Source of the DNA: Octopus bimaculoides
Lineage: Eukaryota
Assembly: GCF_001194135.2 (NCBI RefSeq)
Contig: NC_068985.1
Span: forward strand, 2,362,624-2,426,623
Reading direction: 5' to 3'
Length of the DNA stretch: 64,000 bases
Every line of letters begins with the position of its first letter. Position 1 is the first letter of the stretch. Positions 24,106 through 36,523 of the stretch are shown in pieces. The notes below the pieces were generated by a model. It was not told the origin of the DNA and ran no database searches. It saw nothing but the letters and a program-made list of their open reading frames with translations. The position numbers and the translations under genes are program-made.

Positions 24106-26495
24106 CATAAGTAATAGGATTATGGGAGATCAGAAGAGCCTGTGTGATGGGGATGGACTCGGACAGAGCAGAGAAAGAATGAAGATAAGCAGATGAAATG
24201 AGAGACAAAAAACAAGTGAGCGAGTTGAAAGAAAGAAGAGAGACACAAGCAGACAGAGAAATAAGAAAGACGAATGATCATACAAGCATATACATATGTA
24301 AGGGACGACCGTGCGAACTCATAAAAAGAGAAATGGTGACGAATGGAAAAACAGAGGACTCCTTTTATTTAAACGCGTCACACGGTCGAACACAAAATAT
24401 ATATATCAATGATGATATACATGATATGTTATGCGACGATAACATAGATGACCAGTAATGAAAGACCACAACCGTATAAGAGGAATAACAGAGATATTTA
24501 TTATGGCGTTAAAGATGTATGTCTGTGTGTGAGTGTGAATGCGACATATAAGAACATAATCAAAGACAGGCCGTCGTACNNNNNNNNNNNNNNNNNNNNN
24601 NNNNNNNNNNNNNNNNNNNNNNNNNNNNNNNNNNNNNNNNNNNNNNNNNNNNNNNNNNNNNNNNNNNNNNNNNNNNNNNNNNNNNNNNNNNNNNNNNNNN
24701 NNNNNNNNNNNNNNNNNNNNNNNNNNNNNNNNNNNNNNNNNNNNNNNNNNNNNNNNNNNNNNNNNNNNNNNNNNNNNNNNNNNNNNNNNNNNNNNNNNNN
24801 NNNNNNNNNNNNNNNNNNNNNNNNNNNNNNNNNNNNNNNNNNNNNNNNNNNNNNNNNNNNNNNNNNNNNNNNNNNNNNNNNNNNNNNNNNNNNNNNNNNN
24901 NNNNNNNNNNNNNNNNNNNNNNNNNNNNNNNNNNNNNNNNNNNNNNNNNNNNNNNNNNNNNNNNNNNNNNNNNNNNNNNNNNNNNNNNNNNNNNAGTTGA
25001 TCTATATATAACGTTAAGAGGGCTCCAAATGCCTTCAGAATTTTACTCTATCACGTGACCTTATTAGGGGCCGTGATTGGTCAGTTTGCGTTCTGGCGGG
25101 AAAGGTTCGAAGAAGTTGCCGATTCGAATAATGATCAGTCACGTGATGACAAGGAATGGGTTCTCTACTACGCTCGCATTTATTTATATTTAAATGAGAA
25201 GAATGGCGATAGCAGTTTTGTATCTAATGGCGGTAGGTAGTTTCACTACACATATATATACATATATATATGCATACGTATACACACATACATACACATG
25301 GATATACATACGCATACAGAAATGGATAAAATAAATAAAATGTAAATAAATAAAATAGAATAAAAATGGACTATCAATGTTTTGGTAGCAAGTCAAAATG
25401 GAAGTATTTCATCCTTTTAAAAGGACAATTTGTCTTGGTGGAGCAATTTAAAATCTGCAACCAATAATAAAAATTGATTAAATTTGTGACTCTCTGATAT
25501 TTTATTACTTGCATTTCTTTGAAACAATACTTCTTTGATTCATTAGTTATGTACAATTGCATTGTTTGAGATATTCTTTCTTATCAACTCCTTAGCGACA
25601 ATACATATTGTGAACTGGACAAAGAATTCAATTCGTCATGGCGTACACTCTTTTGAAACAATGAAGAAACGATTGGATGAAAAGTCTTTTATTCAATGAA
25701 TTTCACTTGGGGAATGGAATTTGAATTGATCAATTTGACTGATTATAAAATTGTTTGAATTAATCATAGACCACATCATAAACAATATGAAAGCATACTT
25801 AATAAGACAAATGATCTTGTTGTGAATGAAGATTCTTTTAGATGTTTCCATCTCAGACAGAATTTCTTACTTTCAACGATGCAAAGTGAATAAATTCCAA
25901 GGTTTTGAACAGAACAAAAAGATCTCTGAGATGGTTTCAGAAGCTATTTTCAACAGACCATCTTATCTTAAAGGCTCTGTTATAATAAAACTCTGGGTAG
26001 ATAGGTCTGTACGATCTTATCTCTTTAGAATTTTTAAAAAAAATGTTTCCTTTCTATGTCTTTCGTACAGAACGATACATTACGTAGACTAAAAGGAAAG
26101 ATAAACTAGAATGAGGGCTAAATGATGAGACATCGGGCAAGGAAACTTAAGTTACTTATTTCAAATGTAAATGTGCAAATCGTTATTTTCTTAATGATTA
26201 GGGTTTCTTAAATGGAGCAAATTAACAGAAATGCTGGTCAAATTTCCGAAGCATTTAACTTCATACATTGAAATTATCAACAACTAGGTCTTACCTTTAC
26301 TTCTACGCTCAGCATAATAAACACGAATAGCACATTGGGATGAATCTAATCTACTAATCTCCACTGAGGAATTTGCTCTGAAGAAGAAATCAGGAATGGT
26401 TTCTTACATTCTGGGTATTATGACTAGGGTGGTTTAAAACTACCATGTTTTGGGGGCAGGAGAAATATTGTTTTGGAATTATTATCATAACTATT

Positions 26496-26862
26496 ATTAC
26501 CTCCGCCTTGGTGAAGGTGGAGGTATTGTTTTCAGTCGTGTTTGTTTGTTTATCTGTGGACAAGATATCTTAAGAACCGCTGGATGGATTCGGATGAAAC
26601 TTTCAGGGATGTTTGGCCTCGTGACTGGCACAAACTGATTAGATTTGAGGATCAATCCGATACTGGACAGGGTTTCTGGATTATTTTTCCGTTTTTTTTC
26701 ACTTAATATTTGAGAGCGGTCGGATTCATTTTTAGTATTCTCGTTTATGAGGGCAGTCGAGTTTATTTCAGATATTCTCATTTTAAAAATCATCTCTGGA
26801 TAATCGTTGGGAGGACGTTGGAGTTGCCTTGGCAGAGATTTACGATCTCTCTGAGTGCTCGT
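26496..26862 (+). mobile_element. Helentron-associated (HINE/DINE-1-like) non-autonomous rolling-circle element
   Basis: 5' hairpin ACCTCCGCCTT-GGTG-AAGGTGGAGGT, a (TTTG)n tract, a 3' sub-terminal inverted copy CCTTGGCAGAGAT and terminal stem-loop-like CTCTCTGAGTGC. Confidence 0.6.
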
Positions 26863-27900
26863 TATTATTATTATTATTATTATTGTTATTATTATTATTA
26901 TTATTATAGACGTCGCACAGTATACAATATCGTGAGTTTGTTGATTGAAGACATTGTATCTGCTGGGGGTTTCTAATGTTTGTAAGTCACAACAAGGACC
27001 TCAGACAAACAGTACTTTACACAATATGCGTGCAGTTCCAAGTGATGCCAACTTTTGCAATATATCTAAATTATAGGGTATCTCTAAGGTTTTCAGATGT
27101 TTTTTTGTTTTTGTTTTTTTCAGAATGGGTCGTATTGAACCCAATGCTCCGATGACAATAGGGATAATCTTTATGTTCGACTATCGTAGCTGCCACATCT
27201 TAACAATCTCAATTCTCAGGTCTCCATATTTATCATCCTTTTCTCTTTCTTTCATGATGATATGTTGATCTCCTGACACTGCCACATCAATTATTAGGCA
27301 CTCTTGTTTGTCCCACCTAAAGGTTACTATATCCGGCCTTCGGTGCTCTACAACTTTGTCTGAAAATCAAAGTCCCAGAGAATTTTTGCCTTCCCCTTTT
27401 TGTCCATTTCATTTTCCAGTGTATGCCAGTACCAAGCACCCGTGGCTTCATATCCTTACTTACGGGATAGAAGCCAGTGGAGGTTTGGGGCTACTTTGTC
27501 GTGTCTACGCTTGTATTCTTTCTGCGCAAAACTTTCACAAGCACTAACAATGTGAGTCACACTTTCGACCCTCTTCCCACACATTCTGCAGAGGTTCGTT
27601 GCACTTGTGTGGTGTATATTCTTTTTCACTGAGTTGGTAATCAATACCTGGCCCTGGGCCACGATGCTTAGGCTTTCAGTATTCGTTTTTGGGTCATCCT
27701 TCTGGAGCCACCTCCATGATGCTTCCGGGTCTTTTAATTTGTTGGTTTCATGGTGGAACTGATCGTGTAATTCCGTACGGAGTAGGGTCTCTTCTCTCTC
27801 GTTGGCTGTTCTTGTTCGGAATTCATGAGCATTCGCAAGTCCACTTTTGTTAACTCCTTCTGCACTAGCAGCATACTGTAGCAAGTCTTCTTTGCAGTGT
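26863..27900 (-). mobile_element. RLE-type LINE 3' portion (CCHC knuckle + endonuclease) with (AAT)n tail
   Basis: LCRMCGKRVESVTHIVSACESFAQKEYKRRHDKVAPNLHW and LQKLASLGTARILCKVL; (TTA)n on the + strand at 26862-26906. Confidence 0.9.
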
Positions 27901-28238
27901 GGTTAATCTCATCCAGAAATGGTCCGAGAGGAAACTATCGTGAAGGGTCGCTCAGAGATGTGAATGCTTGCATCACATCCATCATCTGCTTCTGCCTGAC
28001 CGTCGTGCGTTGCCCCACGTCATGGCTAAGCAGAATGGAATACTTATGCTTCCTCTTTCTGGAGAAAGACCGGACGTATACCACTGGTCAAACGAACCTT
28101 TTGTTATAAACAGCTGCTGCGTGGAGGTCTGATAGAAACAACGAGTGTCAAGAAGGCATTATTTTCTTTGTCATATTACTGAATTGTAGTTGTGTCTTTG
28201 GACATGTATATAGTCATATACATTGAATGCACACACTT

Positions 28239-28458
28239 ATTTCGTTATTGCCCGCAAGGGGACAAACAAGGACAGACAAAGGGATTAAGTCGATTACATC
28301 AACCTCAGTGCGTAACTGGTACTTAATTTATCGACCCCCGAAAGGATGAAAGGCAAAGTCGACCTCGGTGGAATTTGAACTCAGAACGTAACGGCAGACG
28401 AAATACCGCTAAGCATTTCGCCCGGCGTGCTAACGTTTCTGCCGGCCCGTCGCCTTTC
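28239..28458 (-). mobile_element. SINE family B with 14-bp degenerate TSD
   Basis: Near-consensus body; GAATGCACACACTT (28225-28238) vs GAACGCACACGCTT (28459-28472). Confidence 0.88.
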
Positions 28459-29883
28459 GAACGCACACGCTTGCATGCTCACATCTTTGTACCTATACAA
28501 ACACATATACATATGTAGCGGTGATTTGAAACCTAACCTGTAGATACTCAGTTAGACATCACGAGTGAACCACAATAATTTCATGCGATCAGTCTATAAA
28601 TAATCTATCAATCAACCTGAGGCTGTGGCGCGATATGGTTTTCTCGAATGTTCTTCTTGGCTCTATAAAAAAAACCCACTTTAGTTGCTTTTCTAATTGT
28701 AGTGTTGAAGAGGACAGACTGACTCACACCTCTACTCTTACTATATAAATGGTTTGGGAGACTTACGCAGACAACTCCAGGTTCTCAGACAGACCCACTC
28801 TGAATATTCGCACAATATCTCATTAGTAAGTTCTATGGACGCGGCACAGTTTCTCTCTCTTTCTCTCGCTCCTCTATCCCCCCCCCCCAGTCAGCAATTA
28901 TTAATATTGTTCATTGTGAATAGCCAACACCAAATATCTTTATGTTCGGCAATATATATTCAGTTAAATATTTGCAAGTTTGCTTCAGTTATTATTCAAA
29001 CAGTCAACGAAATATATCTTCATTTCCCGCTACTCAGATGACAAGCAACCAACAACACAAACATGCATACACACATATACACTCATTCCTTCAAAATATT
29101 TTATACAATTGCCAAAGAGTGCTCAAAATACTGAGGTTATCAAACATTCTCTAACACGCCTGCAAGAGTTTTCACACAAAGTAGTCTGCGAAGTACATTA
29201 CACCATCAAGTAAATAGATATAAATCTACCCTAGATATAGCTGTATTTCGATTGGGAACTCAATCTCATCAGCAGAGAAAACAGTTGTCTGCATGTATCA
29301 GTCTTTGAAATACATATTTGGACTGTTCTATGTTATTAGTTGCCGTTGTCAAGTTGTTATTTTAGTAGGTTCTTTGCCAACGGGTGAATGAACCTTAGAC
29401 GACACGTAAGGGATCTGCTATGCACACAACTTCCTTGTTCCATAAATATTCTCAATATATCCTTATGTAATAATCAAAGACTGTTCTATATTTTAAAGAG
29501 AGCTAAAATTTTCTAAGATACAAGGATATATACAAGTAAATTCTTGTATATATCTCTGAGCGATCCTTCATGAAGAACAGAGAGGATGAAACCTGCATGA
29601 AATGGCTGCTCCGTTCAAACGGACGTTGCTACGATTTTTTAACCCCAACAGGACATTCCCTCGAGCTGGTTAACGATGCAACCTGCTTCCGATATATTGC
29701 GAGCAGGGGAGCGAACCCCTACCACCTTCAAGCGACGGGAGCAGCAGATCAACCTGATTTCGGGCTATTTCTGCCCTTCCTCAGTGCTGGACACCTCCTC
29801 TTCCAGAGATGGCAGTAGCTCGCTTCTGTTCACAATATTTAGGACATCAAACAACATTCAGTCGCTGATCTTGCAACAAGTCA

Positions 29884-30099
29884 AGAAGCTAGTTATAAAA
29901 TCTCTGTAAGAGATGAACGCAGTAACTCTACTGAGAAGTAACGTTTGTCTCTACTTCAACATCAGTGTTCCGTTTGCTTGCATTTATATATATTGCGAAC
30001 AGCCATGATTGCGAACAGCCATGTTGAAGTGACGACAAATGTTACTTGTCAGCACAGTTACTGTGTTCATCTCTCACAGAGAGTTTTATAACTAGCTTT

Positions 30100-30100
<1 letters not shown>
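29884..30100. mobile_element. Fold-back/MITE-like element with ~80 bp inverted arms
   Basis: AAGCTAGTTATAAAATCTCTGTAAGAGATGAACGCAGTAACT...ACTTCAACAT (29884-29962) vs its reverse complement at 30021-30100. The spacer has a duplicated TTGCGAACAGCCATG. Confidence 0.8.
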
Positions 30101-30129
<29 letters not shown>

Positions 30130-30133
<4 letters not shown>

Positions 30134-30268
30134 GATGGCTTTCTTTCGGTTTCCATCTACCAAATCCACTCCAAGGCTTCGGTTGGTCCGAAGACACTTG
30201 CCCAAAGCGCCATACAGTGAGACTGAACCCGGATCCATGTTGTTGGAAAGCAAGCTTCACAACAAAAT
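30130..30268 (-). mobile_element. SINE family A head fragment next to (TA)n
   Basis: GGTTTCCATCTACCAAATCCACTC...GACACTTGCCCAA...GACTGAACCCGG. Confidence 0.75.
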
Positions 30269-31965
30269 GTCCTTCATAACACTTAAACTCTCAATCATGA
30301 ATTTGTTTTTATTTAGGCCCGGGTCGACTCTAATGGAGCAAACCTATGCTCTAAGGTATTCTGGCATTCACCATCTTTTCTACATGACTTTTCATGATTT
30401 AAGGTAATTTGGTTGCTATTTCTAGCCAGTTGAGTGAGTTCAGAATATCAATGGTCGTTAATTCACTAACCTTAGCGGCAAGAGACTTGAAACTGAAACT
30501 TGTGCTTTTCTTCATTGAGTGGTAAAAATACTTTGACGAAGGGCATAATTCTGTGTTGTGTAGAAAAGTCAGAGTACAAAGATAAGACCTTTAAGCATCG
30601 TAGTTATTGTGCCTTGTCAACAGGTACATAGATACATGTGTATGCTAGACATACAATATGCTAAGGGTAGGCAACATACAACACGTAGGCATGATACAGG
30701 TCACGAGTAAATGTTGCAATACTACACGTAGCTGATCCGTAAACGCTTTTTGTTTATTCCAAGAAATTCTTATTCTTTATGAATCACGAATGGTGTCTTG
30801 TAACATGGATTGAAGGTTCCGATTTATTCCAAATCAAACATTGATGCATACTAGTCTCAGGAAATGGAACCGCCTAATTAATATGCATTAGATATTCTCT
30901 TTGTGTACGCACGTTTTCAGGTGAGATAGTTTAAATGAGTAAACAGAAATAGCGTCGCTGTGTTTTAAGAAAATAAATCCACGATCGAAGAAAATATAAT
31001 ACATTTTAATAAGATACGTTTAACGGGAAAATATTTCGATTTGGTTGTCACCGGAGTAACGAAGTTATACTTTGGATGAGTTGAGAAATGGAAGAACAAG
31101 AAATCCAACGGAAGTTCCACATATAAAATATTTATTTATCGTTAACCAAATAATGTGTTATTACGATGAATGACAGAAAAAGAAGATATTTAAACCCAGT
31201 GAATCAGCTCAGCAGTTTGTGTAAAATGTGTCCCAACACAGACAGTTGCTGTGAGTGGTGAGGATTCTAGTAGTAACTTGGTTTGAGTTATATCAAGACC
31301 GCCAACATCATCGTCGTCGTCATCCAATGCTGAGAGACGTAAATTCCTGCAATTGACTGCTTGAACTGTATCGCCACCACTGATAGTTAGAAGTCAGTTT
31401 TATATAAAGGTAATGGTCTGTCAAAGAGAAAAGTGACAAAAGAAAAATATTAAAGGTATCCTACTTCTACCAGAGATTTGAGTGGTCAGCTCTTTGCTGA
31501 TGCCATCAATCGTTAACCGATTGTTTGCTGACATCATCAGTCATTGATAGCATCCTGTTTTTATTATTGTTAGCAGCGGTGAGATGGTGCTTTGGACTCT
31601 GCCAAAAGCTACATATATACTTTGAATTCTTTCGTTCTTAAACTCTGTTGATATACAAATGATTTCAGAAAGCAATAATTAGGAGTAATCATCTCTTATT
31701 CCTACGTTTGTTTTACAGTGAGACTCCGTTCGGTTTGGTGGTCAAAAGGCATATTAGCAGATTAAATAGCCCATTCACACACTGCCATGTATGTCTCGCA
31801 ACTACTTTCAATAACAGCATACCAGATGAACCAGTTGCTGTGATATTTGTTATATAATTCAAGTTCCAAAATAAATTGCAGAAAAAAAAATCCCTTGGCA
31901 ATAAATACAAAATGAAGGACATTGACTCTGAGCTTCAAAAGCTTCAAAATACTTGGACACTAAAC

Positions 31966-32062
31966 TATTTACATTATTTACATTTGACTGGTATTTGTCC
32001 TCATCTTGTTAACAACAAACAAGATGAGGACAAATATCCGTCAAATGTAAATAATGTACATA
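31966..32062. repeat. Near-perfect ~41 bp hairpin with 7 nt loop
   Basis: ACATTATTTACATTTGAC-TGG-TATTTGTCCTCATCTTGTT / loop AACAACA / AACAAGATGAGGACAAATA-TCC-GTCAAATGTAAATAATGT: one mismatch and one G-T pair. Confidence 0.92.
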
Positions 32063-33838
32063 ATTCCTCATCTCTCAAATATAGAACTGTACTAAACTAC
32101 TTGACGTTACAAAACCAGTCAAAATAGAAATCTTAACAAGTTTACTGAGCAGGCAACGAAAGACGGAGTTGAATGACAGAAGGGCAGTTTCGGGAAAAAA
32201 AACGACCGTCGATCTTTTTCTTTTACTTTTTCTTCCTCTTTTTTTTTCTTTAGTTAAAGAGGAGTAAAAATTAAGGAAATATATGAAAAATGACTTCGAA
32301 AAGGAAATACATCACATATTTTCACTTTTAAAAAACCGAAGTACAGGATCCAAGCATTTTTGTGAAATAGTTCAAGAATAATAGTTTATTTTTTGTTGAT
32401 TTTGCTTGTATGCCAGGTTATTTACTATCCTGACAGATGAGGAAATGAAGACTGCACCAGGTAATTATCAAACAGAATTGATTGGGATGTTGTTTGACAA
32501 CATATTAAGATAAGAATTTTATTCTAAAATTGTGTTAGTTCTTCAGTTCTTTAGAAATATATTCATCTAACTGGAAAATGAACCTAGTTATTCATGCAAA
32601 AAGGAAGACAATATTTGGCAGCACTTATTCATGTGATCAATTATTTTCGAAAATGAAGTAGACTAACAACTACTTAAGAACGAAACTGACTGAAACCCAG
32701 CCAGACAATGTCTTGCTACAAGCATCAGCAAATCTGAAAACCATTATTGAGGTGGTTTCAACCAACAAACAGCATCAAGTTTTGCAGTGATTCAATGATT
32801 GTTCGCATTTAAATTAAATAGTTTTTTTTTTTCATTCTACTTAATTTGCCCTCATTCAATGCATCATGTTTCTATTTTTTTATAATTCGTGTGTTTTACA
32901 GATTTTTAACGATTCATTGTATGTTTTTATGAAATGACCTGATTGAAATAAATTGAGACTAAATTGAGTTCTTTCATTACTAAGCAAAATTATTTTCTTA
33001 AATGTGTCATTTTATTGATTTTGTAAAAAAAAATATGACTAGATGCATTCAAATGGATAAATCTCATAGTTAAAATTTTATATGGCATTTATCTGTCCAC
33101 CATGCACTCATTAATATGCTGTCCAGGCCTGCAGATGTAAACAGGTGAATGACTCCTATGTACAGCTGTACTATACACACAATCAGAAGTGCTGTGTTCG
33201 ATACATATAACCTCTTTCCTGTTGCAAGAATGAATTGCTATGAAGTCACATGATCCGACCAATTTAACAGACAACAAACTCCCTCAGTAATCTCCCTAAG
33301 AAGTTAGGTTATCTGACTCACTAAAAATATCTGCCAAATCTTCCTCGAATCACAACCTACTACTATTTTGAAAAACGAAGGATAAATTGGATGATGTTGG
33401 TATCATATACACTCTGTCTGAATAAAAGATAAGATGATCACACCTGAAACATTTTTTATCAGACTCACCCTTTGGCAAGAGCTAAGTCACTATTATATTT
33501 TAAAATGGAGGCATAGACCTATGTTTTGAAGATCAGGATGGCTCTGTGGCCATAACTAGATTCATCAAGGGAAAAATTTCCATGCTAATAAAAATTACTC
33601 AACAACAATCTGCATGCAGTTACACAAACACACACACACGCAACCTCCCCACACACACACATGGAAGCACACATACACTCAAACACACACATATTTCTTG
33701 CTTGTCCTTTGTTTTTAAATATTCTTATATATTTTTTATTAAACATATTCTGTTGAGTAACTCTTAGTCATTGAATGGCATCTTCTAAAAGCAATTTAAT
33801 CCATTCACTAAGGTAATAGGTTAATTTATGATTGGAAG

Positions 33839-33870
<32 letters not shown>

Positions 33871-35501
33871 ACCCACACATGCATATCAGCTGCATTTCTT
33901 TATGTCCAGATATATGTTCTGAGAAGCTGCGTAGAAATAACCTGCAACAATGCAATCTACTGGTTACATTCTGATGACTTATTGATGCCTACATATTAGA
34001 GACCAGAGCTGTTTTATCACTTGAATATACGACTCTCTCTTCATTCATCCTCGATGAACACCTCTGTGACCTCTGAGTATCTATTCTGGAAACAGCCTAA
34101 CTGTTGATCTAGTTCCAAAAGCTCCTGTTTCCATCACTGGTCCTAACAGTGAGTCATTGCCTTGTTCACCAAGATAGATGTGCACATTCTCTAGAAATCA
34201 GTAAAATGCCATTGAAAGGGATTCAATACCCTCCCACACCTGAGACTAAAGTGAGAGTCTTTTGTAAATTAAAAAGTTCTGAATAAATATTTATTTAATA
34301 AATCCAGGTACAAAATACTATTTGTGAAATTCCTTTCACTGTGTTACCAATTCCTTATTTCTCATTCAATGTAGATTTTGAAATAAATTTACTCTTGTGA
34401 AATTATGCACTGGAAATTGCATCAGTTTTTCTTACCACATAACAATGTGAACTGTTTTTGTCAGCATAAAATTTAGACAAGGACAACTTGTGAGCTAGAT
34501 TTAAAGATAATAACCTTGCATGCTAAGAATTGTCTCATCATTTGTCCCTTCTAACATCTTTGAGTTTTCTGAAGCAAAACAGAACTTGATTTCTCATTTA
34601 GATGCAAGATTGGAGTTCCACTAAATTTAAAACATAATCTGGCACATCTTTGATGTTCTGGTATTTAAAGAGTTATAGCTATCAGCTTAATTAATACACT
34701 TCAAAGAATGTTGCTTAGTGTAATCCCATGCACATCAAGGAATTTATAAAATTAAAAATGCTAAATTCTGTTGGTTCTAATCAAGCTTTTGTCTCATTTC
34801 TAATTCTCCAGTTTTTCACCAAAGTCTGCTAAGTTTGTTCACAGCCAGAATACAGCTGATGCATCAATCTTTCTGGAATGAGTTCCTAACACTGAACAAT
34901 TTTAATACTACAATGTAATCACTTCTTAGAATTTTTTCATGGATATATTTGTGATTTTTGACTTCATTCTCTAATAATATCTACTGGTTACACATGCAAT
35001 CACCTACACCTGTTACAAGATTATTTTCTACACATGTGACTTTTTTTATAATTTTCAGTATTATCATTTTTCTATCATTATTTAAAAGAAATATGCTCTG
35101 TTTAAAAGCATCAAAGAGATTGTCTTATATCAGAAGATTGAATTTTTCTGTAAGAGAACTAAAGAAATAAAAACACAGAGCCCAAGGGAACACGTAGAGG
35201 TGCTGATAAAAATTTTTATAAGATTTGTGAAATAAAATGAGCTCCTGAGCTGCATTGGGTGAAATGAGATGAGCTCAAGAACTGCATTGAGTAACAGACT
35301 TTCAAACTGAAATTTTTCCGTTAATTATACATTGTCTTCATGCTTCTTTGTGTCATTTATAGTCTCCATAGAAATCTCAAATAATGAATACCATACCAAT
35401 GTGCCAATCATTTGAGCAATACAAGTGTTGTTTCTCATTTCTTATGAGGTGAGATGTTGATTATAAGCCATGTTTTTAGATCTACTAGTCTCATACCAGC
35501 C

Positions 35502-35756
35502 AGATTTTAATTCAAAACTTATGAAAACAAGACATTTGTACTACAGAGCTAGAGGAAGCTTCAGCTGGGTTGGTAACGAAAGAGTTAAATATAACAAAGA
35601 ATTTAGTAAAATAACTTAGTTATCATTAAGCTTGTGTTAGGAACATAAATTGTGACTAAGGTTTGGTGGAAGATTTTAATTCAAAACTTATGAAAACAAG
35701 ACATTTGTACTCAGAGCCAGAGGTGGCTTCAGCTGAGTTGGTAGCGAAAGGGTTAA
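35502..35756. mobile_element. Two tandem copies of the same piggyBac-like MITE terminus
   Basis: An ~86 bp unit AGATTTTAATTCAAAACTTATGAAAACAAGACATTTGTAC...CGAAAG(A/G)GTTAA at 35502-35588 and 35671-35756; both end in TTAA. Confidence 0.6.
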
Positions 35757-35844
35757 TTCACAAGTCTCTCTTGTTTTTAAAAATTATTTGAATGTTTGGT
35801 TACATGCACAACTGTTGCATAAAATGGATTCCTTCAACTTGGTT

Positions 35845-36370
35845 TGTTGGTTGGTTCTGCAGAAGTTGCTGGTAACCCCTCTTTCTTAGAGGACCTCATT
35901 ACCAATGGAGGTGGGTACTCTAGAAATATAGTAGCCAGAAAAAGAAAAAAGTTCCGGGAGTTATAATTCCAGTTAACAGCACAAGGATTCACTCTCCATG
36001 TGAAGCATAGAATGCATGAGAATAGTGCCTCATGCATGGTACCAAAACATTGAATACAGATCATGCACAAAAGTAGGAAAGAAATAAGGTGCACATGTGA
36101 TGTAAGATTTGTAATATCTATGAGAATGAACAATAGAGTAGAGACAAGCCAAGAGAATAACTGGGTCTAAGGGAAACTGGGCGTAAACAAGAGGACTGTG
36201 TAGGTGTAAAGAAAGAATATTTGTAAAGGACTCAAGCTGAGTAAAACAATGCCAAGCAATCTAAGTGAAAGGATTGGCAGAAGAGAAAAACAAAGGAGGA
36301 ATTGGTGATAACCGATCTGAGAAAGTTGATCTGTACAAAGATGAAAAGAAGCCACAAAGTGCAAAATGCA
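35845..36370 (+). mobile_element. Decayed RTE LINE fragment, different subfamily from 19.4 kb
   Basis: EVAGNPSFLEDLITNGGGYSRNIVARKRKKFREL and GFTLHVK resemble EVVDSFxYLGDxISxGGG...ARI..GWxKFRELLPLL.KGFSLxVK. Confidence 0.6.
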
Positions 36371-36455
36371 GCATTGGAAGAGAAACACTGAACCAGGCAA
36401 GCATGAAAAGAGTTTCCGTAAAGTGATGATCTCTCTCTCTCTTTCACACACACAT

Positions 36456-36523
<68 letters not shown>

